Below are positions 35,116-47,630 of a stretch of 64,000 bases of DNA, piece after piece (positions within the stretch are counted from its first letter, which is position 1; each line of letters opens with the position of its first letter). The position numbers and the translations under genes were made by a program. The notes under the pieces were generated by a model that saw only the letters and a program-made list of their open reading frames with translations, was not told where the DNA came from and did not search any database. The DNA is from Schizochytrium sp. TIO01 (taxonomy: Eukaryota > Protista > Bigyra: Labyrinthulomycetes), in the NCBI GenBank assembly GCA_004764695.1, contig SMSO01000037.1, positions 1,774,747 through 1,838,746 on the forward strand, read 5' to 3'.

Positions 35116-35845
35116 CTCGGCCTTCCGAGACAGGGAAACCTGCAAGACGCCGCTCCTAGGCGTTCGCTCGCCCCGCAACCCTGTTCCACCCGCCTTCAAC
35201 GCCCTCGAACCAACTGCCTTTGCGTCGAGGATTCGGGGATTCGTGAACTGGCCGCTTCGAAGATTGCTGTATTTAGTTCGAGTACCCCTTTTGTTTTATC
35301 TTCAGTAAAAAGACTTTCTTTGTACCTTTCGTCAATAAACAAAAAACTTTTATTTATATTTCTTTCTCTCTCTTTACTCTCTCTTCGTCTTCTACAATAG
35401 CAGTCCGATACCCTTAACTATAGCAGTGCCCACCAGCAGGCTCCAGTAGGCTCAGAAATGAGGGTCACAGAATTATGCGCCACCGCTCTTCCGACGGCTG
35501 CAAAGACCGTGAGTTTGGACTCGAAGAAGCTCAATGAGCCCTGCCAAGCCGGTCCTCTCCGCCTGCCTTCACGCCAGCTCCTCCCTCCTGTGTCTGCCTG
35601 ACCTTCTGCACCATTTGTTCGTTTTCATTGGATTGACCTACTACTCCTCAATATGGGCACTACAATGCAATGCAATGCAATGCAATGCAATTCACAGATA
35701 AATAATTATAGATAAATAGTTATATAGACAGATAGAGGGTGGGTTTGTGATACATACAATCCATCCACTGCTCGCTTCGCCTTCTTGACTGTCCACATCT
35801 TCAGAGCGTGGCATGAAACGCACGAGGCCGTGGCCCCGAGGAGGC

Positions 35846-35846
<1 letters not shown>

Positions 35847-35893
<47 letters not shown>
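35847..35893. repeat. (GCTT)n microsatellite
   Basis: Read directly. Confidence 0.93.
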
Positions 35894-35894
<1 letters not shown>

Positions 35895-36855
35895 CGATTG
35901 TGCGGTCTTCGAGATCGGTTTCTCTGATTATCTGTTTCTTTGTTTATCTGTTTCTTCGTTTATCTGTTTCTTTGTATATCTGTTTCTTTGTATATCTTTT
36001 TTTTTGTATATCTGTTCAGGATTCCTAAGCGCGACCTACGAGTTCATAGCAGGCGTCGAATGCCTGTTTCGCCATGCAGAACTACGCAAAGCCAAACCAA
36101 AGCCAAAGCCAAAGCCCAAGCACCAGAGCCGCAGAGACGACGCGAGGCGCCTCCACAGCGCGGAGGTCGAAAGGATATGCGTTGAGCTTGAGAGCCGCAG
36201 AGCTGACAGCAGTTCTGGCGATAAATAGCCTGATCTCGGATGACGGGCGTCAATGTCAGGAATCGCGATGACGATTATGGAGTACCATGGAATTCTAAGG
36301 CTCTCTCTGATGGATAAAGGGGAACTCAACTCCGATTCTGCGCAGTCATCCCAATCTCGAAAGCACCTCGGTCCGCAGGATTGAGGGGGCCTCGAGTGGG
36401 ACTGCGAGCGTCGCAAGGGTCGGTGAGGAGAGCATTGACGCACCGGCAGAGCTGGGACCTGAAGAAGCGAAGGCGGCAACGCAATAGTTTAGAGACTACA
36501 TTTCTTTTGTGATCGTCGCTTAGTTAATTGCCATGTTTCTTTTAAGCTCTGCTTCTTATTATTAATAAGAAGAAAGGTACTAGGGGAACTCCTAACAAGG
36601 GAGACCCTAAGGCCACGCATGAGAAACGGGTAGGAGTACATTGGCGCAAACCGCCAAAGCAAAACTGACAGCAGCGTCGTGGAGACCAAAATTGCCTGTT
36701 AGCGTGCACGGGGCTGAGAGCTGCTGCTGAGCTAACGAGCACGTGGAAGGTTGAAAGCAGTTTCCTTGACAGCAATCGTGGATTGACTCTCTAGACTTTG
36801 GGGTAGATCTCCGCGTCGTTGGTTGGGTTGTCGAGTCGGATTCCGTTGATTCAAG

Positions 36856-37881
36856 ATGACCACTGAGTTTGAGGACGTGCAAAAGTTCTGGGAAAGAGCA
36901 GGCCAAGATGCAGTTGGTGCAGCGTGCCAAAGCGATGCAATTTTGCGTTTTTTTGACAAATTCTCGGTCCTTGAAGTCATCGAAGGCAAGGTTCTTAAGT
37001 TTGATGTGGACAAGATCGCCGAGCTTCAAGACAAGGTCGATAGTCTTCCCGCAATGAACGGTGATGATTCTTTGCGCAAGATCTTTGCTCCCGGTGCCAC
37101 CAAGAGTGCAACTGTGCGTAATCACAAACTCGTCGCTGTTATCAAAGAGGGCTTGACCAACATCTGCGAGAGCGGCGAAGTCCCCAGCACTGGAGGATCA
37201 GCTTCTGCCCCGGAACCTGCATCAGATTACTCAGCTCCTGAAGGGCAGCAATCCCAACAGGCTTCGTACATCCAGCTCGCTAGGGACCTCCCGGAAGGCG
37301 CTCGAATCAATGTTCGATGCTCTCCAGACACCGATGCCGAGGTCGTTGGTACCATTGGCGAGGACGATGTTATCGCTATGATGAGCATGCAGGGCGATTG
37401 GGCTTGCATTGACTTTGACGGAAGCACTGCGTATGTCCTCACTCGTATGGGTGACCGTGCTTTGCTCGTGCCAATGAACAACTCACAGCCTGCTCCGGTA
37501 GCCGCTAAGGAGAACCAGGGCGCCGCAAACCACGCTGCTGCTGCTGCTGCTGCTGCAGCTCCGATGAAGCCTCCTCAACCTGTCATGCAGCAGCAACATC
37601 AGCAGCAAATGCCACAGCATGCACAGCCACCACGTGTCGCCCCCCCAACTATGATGGCTCACCATGCTCCAAGCATGCATCAGCAGTACATGCCCCAGAG
37701 TTCCATGCACCCGATGGCAATGAACAGCATGAACGAGGATCCTTCCAGGCCGGTATCTTTTGAGGAATACAACCAATTGCGCTTTCGTGTACAGCAGCTT
37801 GAGGCTGATATGCGGGCATTTCGTATGCTTATGCGTTCCTGGAGCTTGGACACTCCCTCTGCTGCTGCGGCTCCTTATTAG
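36856..37881 (+). CDS. Unknown protein with a bacterial-type SH3 (SH3b) domain, a Q/P/M-rich linker and a C-terminal coiled coil
   Basis: Clean 341-aa ATG ORF with coding-like codon usage. INVRCSPDTDAEVVGTIGEDDVIAMMSMQGDWACIDFDGSTAYV fits the SH3b pattern NVRxxP…VGxL…G-W…G++. Confidence 0.75.
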   Translation: MTTEFEDVQKFWERAGQDAVGAACQSDAILRFFDKFSVLEVIEGKVLKFDVDKIAELQDKVDSLPAMNGDDSLRKIFAPGATKSATVRNHKLVAVIKEGLTNICESGEVPSTGGSASAPEPASDYSAPEGQQSQQASYIQLARDLPEGARINVRCSPDTDAEVVGTIGEDDVIAMMSMQGDWACIDFDGSTAYVLTRMGDRALLVPMNNSQPAPVAAKENQGAANHAAAAAAAAAPMKPPQPVMQQQHQQQMPQHAQPPRVAPPTMMAHHAPSMHQQYMPQSSMHPMAMNSMNEDPSRPVSFEEYNQLRFRVQQLEADMRAFRMLMRSWSLDTPSAAAAPY

Positions 37882-38879
37882 ATTAACCTATGATCTACCT
37901 GAATTGCAATAACTTTCAAAGGATGAGACACTGAACATTTGTACGAACAAGGTTTCATTCAGTCTTTTGATCAATGTGCCGTATTAGCATGCAAAATGGA
38001 GACCAGAATTTAATATCTCTTTAAAGAGCAGGAAGGAGTATTGGTATCGTGGATACATGCACATCGCCGACTGCTTGCTGTATGCGGTACCTCTAGCATT
38101 GGATTGCCATGCTGGCCCTATTCAGCGGAAGTCGCAGACGCGCTTATTCAGTATATGTTGAAAGCATAATACTCATTCTCTCTCCTTTGGCTGTTCATTA
38201 TGATGTTGATCGCCTGAAAGTGAAAATGATCACCGACATGCTATTCCTAGCATCAGTTTTTTTTTGGTCGGCACTCCATAGAATACTGAGCAAACAAAGT
38301 TAATATCCTTGTACGAACTTGACGACAAGGTCTATTATGTATATTTTGGATTGATTGCATCCAAGATTTATCTGTGGAAGGCACTCGAAGAACCCTTCGC
38401 CCCCTTTTGTTCAGAAGTAGAATTCCACAAAACCTAAACGAAATAATAAATATGCAAACAATTTGAGTAATCAAAGGCTCTCACCGAAATGTGCTATTTA
38501 TCGTTTAACATATAGTAAACATTATAAAACTGAAGAAATGCTTACTAAGAGTACTTTCATATTGCGGTTCTAAAGTGATACATGTAAGATTGTTAAAATT
38601 TTAAAACTGCATTACATCACTATGGCACGCGATACTTTCCTATAGGCTATACTCCAGACACCAAGTAGAAAAGTTATAGCTACGTTGCTTTATTATTTAG
38701 TACAGTGAAGCATTCATCAAAGTGATCGCAATATATCTCATCTTAAATTTAGAATATTATCCTAAATGTACTGTAAGTGGTGCTCTGCGTCACAAGTCAA
38801 TCGATCTACTGGCAATGCTCCAGCCAGGCGTCTTCAAAATTCTCGCCAAGCTTAAGCTGCTGCTCGGATTTCTACTTTC

Positions 38880-39715
38880 ACACGCGCAGTCCCAAACTAT
38901 GCTTCAAAGTATCGAATGCATCCTCGCTCCATCTGATTGAATCTGTATTGAGGCTCGTGGTCGAGCAGATGTGTCTACTTTGTATAGTTTCTGCGAGGAA
39001 AGTTTCATAGCTTGTCCAGTCAAACAGTGTGTTTTCCTCATATATACATGCAAGACATACCTTCGAAGACTTCTCAACAAGCCCATATACATCAGCTGGA
39101 CCGCTTGACAATTGTTTAGACGCTCGCTAGGCTTTGCAACTCTTTGAGGGGATCAATAAAGCTTGCATCGCTGTGGTCGGCTTAGAGGACAGATTCTTCA
39201 GTATAACACCCACAGAATATAAATCCATGGTATGAGACCATTTATCAGTTGAGTAGAAAAGTATCGAGGTAGAGTAAGGACGTTTAATTTACAGTGTAAT
39301 CTGCAACTTTCATACCATACAAAATCTCTTAAGTAATAGTGTTCAATTTCCTTGATTCTGTGGGCATGTAATTGCGCCATGCCAATAAACAGGTTCAAAG
39401 CAAGTCGAACACAAGCGGCCTCGTCATTGTGCGGGTGTTCTTCAATCCATTTCGCTAGGTCACTTTGCTCGTAGACGTCTGTCACAATGTACCCCCCCAA
39501 ATCTGCGTGAGTCATGTCATACCCACAAAATCACTACATGCTAGGAGACCGACCACCTTGCCTGTATTTGCAACTTGTTTGTAAAAAGTTTTAATTAATT
39601 TTTCTGTCCAATGTGAGGCTACTTCAGAACCAGATTTCTGCCATCATAATCAAAAGCAGTTTTTGTGTCTCTTGAGGAGAGATAAGCCCGAACAAACTGG
39701 AAATTAGAGAACGAG
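38880..39715 (-). pseudogene. Decayed protein kinase pseudogene with a possible downstream Cys/His (RING-like) remnant
   Basis: Ordered kinase remnants across frameshifts and stops: DYDGRNLVLK* (subdomain II), YIVTDVYEQSDLAKWI…LFIGMAQLHAHRI (V-VIa), LRDFV (VII), TLPRYFSTQLING (VIII), MDLYSVGVIL (IX), KPTTAMQALL (XI). The HRD loop is missing. Confidence 0.7.
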
Positions 39716-41323
39716 ATATTGGCTTACGAGAGGTCAGAACTTACAACTCCCAAAAGTCTTTCTGCGCTTCTATGTAGTCACCTACCCAATAGTTATTTCC
39801 TAAGAGCTCTATGTGATGTTTTCGTGCATGATGTAAAGTTTCAGCAAGTTACGACAGAGCAATTTACCTAGTTCAATAAAGGTACATTGTGGAAGAATGG
39901 CATCTTGCTCTGTGTTAGCATCTTACAATTTCATCTTCATAGTACTCGCTGTTTCAAGAATGTTTTTGACTCTTTTGCATACTATGTCACTTTGAAAAAG
40001 TTCCGAGCGTCTTTTGTAATTGCTCAAGGACATTTAGACAGCCCAGAAGTGAAAAAGGTATACACCCCAGTGAGAAACTCTGAGACTACCTCGGTACATT
40101 TGTTCGACCTCTCCTTAAAATCTACGTTTTCAAAGCATTGAATGTTAAGTAGATGGCCCGAAGTGTATCTTACACTTCAAAATTGAACGAGGCTCGTGTG
40201 GGATATCCACTTACATCTGCAGAACATCTCCAAGCCATGAAACTTTAGGTTTCTACTCCTTCGTCTTTCATGAAGAGGTCCTCTGAGAATCAGATGGAAA
40301 GTATCTTCCATTCCTGACTAATCTGCTCGTTTTATCCCAGTGTAAAGCTTCTAGGTTAAAAAAGAAACCGGAGAAGCATTCGCGTTGTATCTTACACTAA
40401 TCTATCGATCGTAGTGTCCTTTACTTCTTATAAAAAGACTGCTCTCAACCTTCAAAACAGTTTTAAGTTATTGTGGACAAAGCTATAGTGGGAAGCAACG
40501 AAACATAGCACATGCAGTGCCAGAAAATAGAAAGACAGAGAAGTAAGTAAAGTATAGAAGCACAAAGGTTGTCCTCATAATTCTCTTAGAGTATGAGAAC
40601 GCTGTACTAGATTGTTAGTTTTTTTGGTTTTAGTAGTATATGATGTAGTAGTTGGAAAGTAGGTATGATTTGTGTATGTTTGGGTTGGGAAAATGTTGAA
40701 GGATAACTTGCGTGTGGTAGCGTAGTGAGAAAGTATTTTAAAGGAAGAGAATAGCAAAACAGAGACGAGTGTATGAACAAAGAAGGATCAATGAGTAAAA
40801 AGATCTAGTGCTTGGAGCAACCCAGATATCTTGAATCTCACCTCAGTTCATCTTTGCTTTCTTTTTTGAGTAGAAGATTCACTCGGCCATTCTACTTCTC
40901 AAGGGTTCCTCTTCTTCTCTCGATACAAAACGCCTTACATCAGCTACGCATTGTTTCAACAAATACATGCGAGTATCTTTCGAGGCGGTGAAATCTATAG
41001 ACATGGGATCAACAGCAGACAAAGCAAGAATACCATGGCATTATACTCCCCTGGTTGTCTGCGCAACATCGGAGAGATGAGATGTTCACCTTTGAAAATT
41101 GTCTCAGTAGTACAGAGAAAGATTTTGTTTATCTTGTCTCCAGTTAAAGGAGAATGGCGGAAGACAAGCAAACATTTAAAAGACAATGACGTAGACGAGA
41201 TTGCAGGAGCTTTGTATTGTAAAGAAGACGATAGATAAGAGGGCATTAACATCGGAGACTTACTACAGCCATGTTCCAAGAGAAGAGTTTGGAATTGCGG
41301 CTAGGAAGTAGCACCATGCTGAT

Positions 41324-42517
41324 TTAGTGGTAGAGGTTGTTCTGGATGTCCGGCATGCGAACAACGGAGGGCATCTCGGACTCAAGGCGGCGTCCGTTGG
41401 AGGACATCTTGCCGGTGGTGTAGATGTCGGAGGCAAGTTCGCTGTCGTCAGGGACGGAAGACTCCTTGGCAGCCTTGAGTGCTTTCTGGACCTCGGAGCG
41501 GATGTTCTTCTCGATCTCCTTGAGTTCATCCTCAGAGGCCCAGCCGGCCTCGACAATGCGCTTCTTGACGAGCTCAATGGGGTCACGGCTCTGGCGCACG
41601 TTAGTGACCTCGTCACGGGTACGGTAAGAGATACCAGGGTCAGACATGGAGTGACCGTGGTAACGGTAGGTCTTGAGCTCAACGTAGATGGGGCCGTTGC
41701 CAGCACCGGTGTACTCCTTACAGAACTTGATACCTTCACGTACGGCAAGGACGTCCATACCGTCAATGAAGAGACCAGGGATCTTGTTACCCTGCTTGTA
41801 GTACTCGGTGATGTACGAGGAGCGGTTCACGCTAGTACCCATACCGTACTCGTTGTTCTCACAGCCGAAGATGACCGGGAGCTTCCAGAGGGCAGCCATG
41901 TTGGCGGCCTCCCAGCACTGGCCCTGGTTGGCGGAACCGTCACCGTAGAGGGTGATGGAGCAGTTCATGGCTTCGTCAGCCTTCTGGTTGTAGGCGTGGT
42001 AGAAGGCAAGGCCAGCACCGATGGGAACCTGGGCTCCGACAATGGCGGCACCACCGTAGAAGTTGGTGGCCTTGTTGTACATGTGCATGGAGCCTCCCTT
42101 ACCGCGGGAGCAGCCGTTGCGGAAGCCGAAGAGCTCCTCGAAGATCTCCTGCACGGGCACACCGCGCACGTAGGCCATACCGTGGCAACGGTAGGTGGTG
42201 ATGACGTCGTCATCGCGGGTGAAGGCAGCCTCGATACCCTGGGCGATGGCCTCCTGGCCGTCATACAAGTGGCAGAAACCGCGGATGTTGCGGGCCTTGT
42301 ACTCACCGTCGGCGGCGATCTCCATGCGGCGGATGGTGTACATGTTGTGGTGGTACTCCATGAGCTCCTCCTTGGTGGCCTCTGCCTTCTGTGCAGGGGG
42401 CTCCACGTGGTGGCCCTTGAAGTCCACCGGCAGCTCAAACGTGTAGCTGCTCATGCTGCGAGCGGCACGCGGGGCGAGGCCGCTGCGGCCAGCCAGAGAC
42501 TTGAAGGCGACCTGCAT
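41324..42517 (-). CDS. PDHA1: Pyruvate dehydrogenase E1 alpha subunit, mitochondrial
   Basis: Motifs IRGFCHLYDGQEA, GKGGSMH, TPP-binding GDG…NN and YRYHGHSMSDPG. The presequence starts MQVAFKSLAGRSGLAPRAARSMSS at ATG 42517. Confidence 0.97.
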   Translation of the reverse strand: MQVAFKSLAGRSGLAPRAARSMSSYTFELPVDFKGHHVEPPAQKAEATKEELMEYHHNMYTIRRMEIAADGEYKARNIRGFCHLYDGQEAIAQGIEAAFTRDDDVITTYRCHGMAYVRGVPVQEIFEELFGFRNGCSRGKGGSMHMYNKATNFYGGAAIVGAQVPIGAGLAFYHAYNQKADEAMNCSITLYGDGSANQGQCWEAANMAALWKLPVIFGCENNEYGMGTSVNRSSYITEYYKQGNKIPGLFIDGMDVLAVREGIKFCKEYTGAGNGPIYVELKTYRYHGHSMSDPGISYRTRDEVTNVRQSRDPIELVKKRIVEAGWASEDELKEIEKNIRSEVQKALKAAKESSVPDDSELASDIYTTGKMSSNGRRLESEMPSVVRMPDIQNNLYH

Positions 42518-43756
42518 TTTGTCTGCTTCTTCCGCTTCTTCTTCTTCGGCTGCTGCTGCTGTTGCTGCGATCGATTCGCTCGCTTGTCTCGGGTCTGCTG
42601 CTCGTGCAGACGGAGATGTAGATAGGCACACAGAGATGCTGCTTTGCTGACGCCGCCGACGCACTCGCACAGCGCCGCTACAAAAACAAAACAAATACAA
42701 AAAGACAAGCGATTCTAAACAAAGGATGCGTAGGACTTCCTAGGCACCTACTAGCCATATCCTCAACTAACAGAAGCTGAGTATAATGTAAACAGAAAGA
42801 ATCACTTTGGCGCTTTTACAATGAAAAAGTAAATCAATTGAAAAGTCAATCATTCATTCATTCATTCGTTCATTCATTCATTCACTCTTTCTTCTGCTTT
42901 CTCAATTGAAAAACAAATTACTTTTCTTTCTTCAATTATGCATTCGCATATTTTTTCAATTTGTTTTTTAAAGTTGAAAGGAAAGCCTTGAGGACAACAA
43001 TAAGAGCAAAAAGGAAAACCTTTTCATATCTTTGAAATACTTTTAAACCTCACTTTCTAAAAGGAGACGAAAAGGAGATGAAAAGAAAAGAAAAGAAAAA
43101 AAGAAAAAGAAAAAAAAAGGGGCGAACGGAGAGATATGGAAACACTGTTAAGAACTCTGCTACTTTCCAATTGTCGGGATTTTTAAAATTAAATAAACTT
43201 TTCAGTCAAGCCATCTTTTAAATTAAAAGACATCCAAAAGAAAAATGGCTTTATGCAGAGAGCTAACTTGAGGTTCAATATAAGGTCGGTTATCCGCAGG
43301 CAGGACGAGCTGATCTGAACAAACAGGTTTCTTTCTCTCCCTGAGCCTTTGGTCTCTTTCGTCTCTCTTGTTTGATCAGCTGCTTGTTCTCAGAGATTGA
43401 AGGCATGGAAAGCCAAAAGAGCAGAAGAAGCAAGTGCCAAATAAGGTACTGCGCAGCATTTCATGAAAAAGGGCGAATTCAGGAGTTTAATTCTTTCACG
43501 AAAACAATAATAATGTTTTAACCCTTTTATTTAATATAGATTGAAAACGAGGAGAGGAGGCCAAAGGCAAGGAAGCCACAATGCAAACAAACAAACAAAC
43601 AAACAAACATACAAATACAACCTCATCTTGCCTGGCTCCCCTTGGAAGCGTGGCCATTGTGGTGTCTTGATGCCCTTCGGAAGAGCACAGAAGAGCCCCT
43701 CTGAGTATGCCCCGACGAAAGATAGATACACTACATCCATTCGACTTCTCATAAGT

Positions 43757-43758
43757 TC

Positions 43759-43835
<77 letters not shown>
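43757..43835. repeat. (TTTC)n microsatellite
   Basis: Read directly. Confidence 0.95.
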
Positions 43836-43836
<1 letters not shown>

Positions 43837-46800
43837 AAAATCATTTTACATGGTATGCAGAAAAACTAACCACAGATCATCTCGTCCTGCTCGATCCATT
43901 GTTGTTCCCCAAACGACCAGCCTGAAGCCGCCCCTCCTTCCTCGTGTTCCTCTCCTTCGGCCCCATTTCCGCTCACCCTCGCGTACTTCTGCGCTTTCTG
44001 GCTGCCCGAGTCTCCGTCAAATCCACACGGGATCCGTCAAACCAAATCCCAAACCTCAGAACATTCATCTCAATCTCGACATCAAAGAAAAACTAACTCT
44101 TTGAAAAAGCATTCGCATACAATACATACATATATAATATAATACATATATCGATAGATACATCAATCATCATAAAAAACACACCACAAATAAAATCAGA
44201 TCTCAAAACCAGATCTTCGCGTCTAAGCCCTCCTACGCGCGCCTAGGCCCCCTGCGCCTGCGTCTTAAACTACGCGTCCGAAATTGCAGGCAGAGGATAC
44301 AGCCCCAGTAGGAGTTAATACCGCCATGGTAGGGTCGGCGAATAAAAGACGCCTTCGCCGAAGATAGCGCAGATCGATTGAAAGAAACAGCGATAGATCG
44401 AGAGACGGAGGCGACAGAGCTCAGGGCCTCAGTCAGACCCCTTTCGCCCTCAGCGAAAGGCCGGCGCAGGGGTGCCGCGGCCGGGCGGCGGCCTAGGCAG
44501 GCGGGAAGGCAGGCGGCTGGGGCGGAGGAGCGGCGCAGAATTTGTTGCCTGCGCAGGTGACGAGACGCCGTGCTTCCTGTGCCAAGCACAAATTTGCGCC
44601 CGAAAAAAGTGGACCCTGTTTTGTATTGAGAGTTTTGTTTTAAGCACTGATCAATTGTTATTCATTTGTTTGTTTGTTTGTTTGGTTGGTTGTTTGTTTG
44701 TTTGCTGCAGAGAGGAAAAGGGGCTGATGCGATAGGTTGGTTTTGGCGAGAGATGGTGGAAAAGAGCATATATGCAAGGACAGGGTCGGTAGGACCTAGG
44801 CATGTGTGCAGCTTGGCAGTTGAAAAGCTTACAATCGAATATCTTCGTGACTATGGCGATTCTGAAATATGCTGTGAACAAGTTTTTTTTTTTTTTTTTT
44901 TTTTAAATTAAATGAATGTATCCTCTTCTTTAAAAAATAAATAAAAATATATTGAAAGTTAGTTGAATATGATGCGTTTGCTATTGAGAGAGAGAATCAC
45001 GAAAGGAAAGAGGCCTGAATAATTTTAGATAGAAGATAGCAGAAAGAACGTGGAATCGATTTTTAATTAAAAAAGTTATGTTTCACTTGCCTATGCTCAG
45101 ATAGATAATACACTGATAGGGAGTTCTGTTCTTGTTTGGTTCGCCTGGGAAAGAGAACGAACACCTGCGCGAGCGGAGCTAGATCCAGAGGAGCAAGAAC
45201 GAGGATATATTGATTTACACATGGGTTGATATCGATGGTTCGAGGTCCTGGCTGACACCCAGCTCGCAAATTAAAACAAACAGAGGAGAGGAGGTGCTGT
45301 GCAGCGTTAAAAGGGTGAGGATCGGTCGTCCCGCATCAATGTCAGCGGTTCTTGAAGCTTTCGGAATGAACTTTATTATTATTATTATTGAGGTTATTAT
45401 TATCGTTGATAGAGAAATAATCAGAATTGAAAATATCCGTGCGATGGCGATGAATAGTTTTCCTCAGGCTGCATTCAGGGCCTTTTGAGGGGTCAGCATC
45501 GAAGAAACAACTTAATCAAACAGTCCTTCAGATTGTGGGAGGGAAACAAAGTCGCTCCACTCAGCCCATCCAAGGCGGGTAAGCGTTTGCAGAGAGCAAG
45601 GGTCCTTGATAAAGCTAGAAGAAAGAGACCAACCTGTGTATGAAGCGAAGGATATTTTGATAGATAGATGATACATCAGAAAGACTCAATGTTATTCTTC
45701 TTATATGATTGCGCCAGCCGACCAGACCTCCAAATTTTAAAACTGCTCCAAGCTCTCTTTATATGAATATATGAAACAATTGACAATACGATAGAAAGGG
45801 CAGTTTTTCTTTTTGTTTGTATTAAAAAAAGAAAGAAAGAAAAAGAGGCATCAGGTCAATCACATCATACATCACTCCCCTTCCGCCCATAGTCCCGCTT
45901 CGGCTTCGATGAGTACGCATCACCGGACAAAACAGAGGCCATGGCCTATCACTCGCTTTTGCATTGGAATTCTCCTGGAAAAGCGAGCGCCGGAACCCTC
46001 TGAATACAGCGCACCTCCGAGGGACGGTTGTATTTAGTCCCCGGAAGGATACTGAGGATTGAATTAGTACAAAAAGACGTGACAAGCTAACTGACTGCCA
46101 CGTTGAAAATACGATGGCTTCTTTCGATTCTGGGTGTTTATGCGTGGTGTTTTTCTCGTAGCATTTTAAAATTACGTGTACATCGCAGTCATAATATCTT
46201 TATCGATACGAATCTCTTTTTGGTGGCCTCGTAGCATTCCTTTGTGTCGTTAAAGATTCCTACGATTTTTGCTTTGAATGATAAAGTTCTTGTGAAGAGT
46301 AAATAAATAAATAAATAAACCAAAACATCCTCGCTCTTTCTTTTCAGACACTTTTATTAATTCTTTCTTTTAACATGAAAGAAAAGTAGCTATGTAAAAC
46401 TGATGCTCTTCATATTCTAATTCCATTCCCACAATGCTTTGGCGCAAGCTAATAGAAGAAGCCTGGGGGTCACCACCATCATCGTCGTCATCACCTACTT
46501 AAGAATCTGTGAGCAGCTTGACTCCATGCATCGCAAAGCCCTCATCATTGCCACAAACCGAACAGTAAAGAACTGCGAGCTGCCTACTCCGCATCATGCT
46601 CTCTTCCACCGCCACTACTACTACTGCCATCAAGTAAGTAATAAGACGGCAGAAAAGCGTAGCAAACGTTCTCTTTCGTTGAAATGAATGCTTCACTCAC
46701 TTTGAAGAATAAAAACAAAAACAAAGCCTTTCTAATAGTCAATCTTCTGTTGGGGTAATCTCGGCGCCTCTCCCTACTAGCTAGTAGTAGTTGTTTAGCT

Positions 46801-47495
46801 AGCTAGCTATTTGTTAGCAACGGAAGCGATGACGACGACGACGGTGATTTTTGAACCTACACATCATCAGCATCGTAATGAGTCATCCATCATCCATCAT
46901 CCATCATCGTTGATGGTTCACTACCCTGCGACGATCACCAATGACTCCACCGCCATCCTTCAAAAGTCCACCTCCCTCGTCGTGCTCCCTCGCTGGCCCC
47001 GGCCTCGCTGGATAATCTATCCTTCAGCCCAGCAAATAAAGGACCAGCCGGCTTCAAGGTGAGGAAGGGAACCTTGATCCCAAAGAGGCAAACTTGGGCG
47101 AATCGACACCTAGGTAGCCGCTCTCCTCGGCGAGCACCGTCCTCCGCGGCGAGCGCTCGCTCGCGAGGCGGGCAGCGACGGGCGCCTGGGAACTCCCGCG
47201 CCCGAGCATCTCCTCACCGGGAGGGAGGTCGCGGTCAGCGGCGGCGACCGAAAGCTGGGCGGCGGGCGCCGACGTAGCGCTTTTGACGGGAAATAAAAGG
47301 CAGAATTTGTGCGGATTTGGGGACCTGCCGAGCGAGGCTACCATGGTGGCCGCCTGCTTCTTCCTGAGCGGCGGCAATTGTGCCAAGTCGGCATCATCAT
47401 CACCATCGGTGGAGCAGAGCAGAGCAGAGCAGAGCAGAGCAGAGCAGAGCAAGGCAACACGGGCTGCGTCGCCCGCGACGTCTCCGACCGTGAGT

Positions 47496-47630
47496 TTGAC
47501 TTTTGAATTTAGACCTTTGAAATTAGACCTTTGAAATTAGACCTTTGAATTTCGAATTTCGAATTTTGAATTTTGAATTTTTGAAATTTGAATTTTGAAG
47601 TTTGACTTTTGAAGTTTGAATTTTAAATTC
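47496..47630. repeat. TTTGAA-based degenerate tandem array, including three copies of TTTGAA(A/T)TTAGACC
   Basis: Read directly; an AT-rich island between two GC-rich blocks. Confidence 0.85.

Noticed and set aside
7187-42517. Functional oxygen/mitochondria cluster (MIC60, PDHA1, dioxygenases)
   Set aside because: The genes are far apart and interleaved with unrelated ones; there is no sequence evidence of co-regulation.
41327-42625. 432-aa plus-strand ORF
   Set aside because: Codon-aligned antisense shadow of PDHA1.
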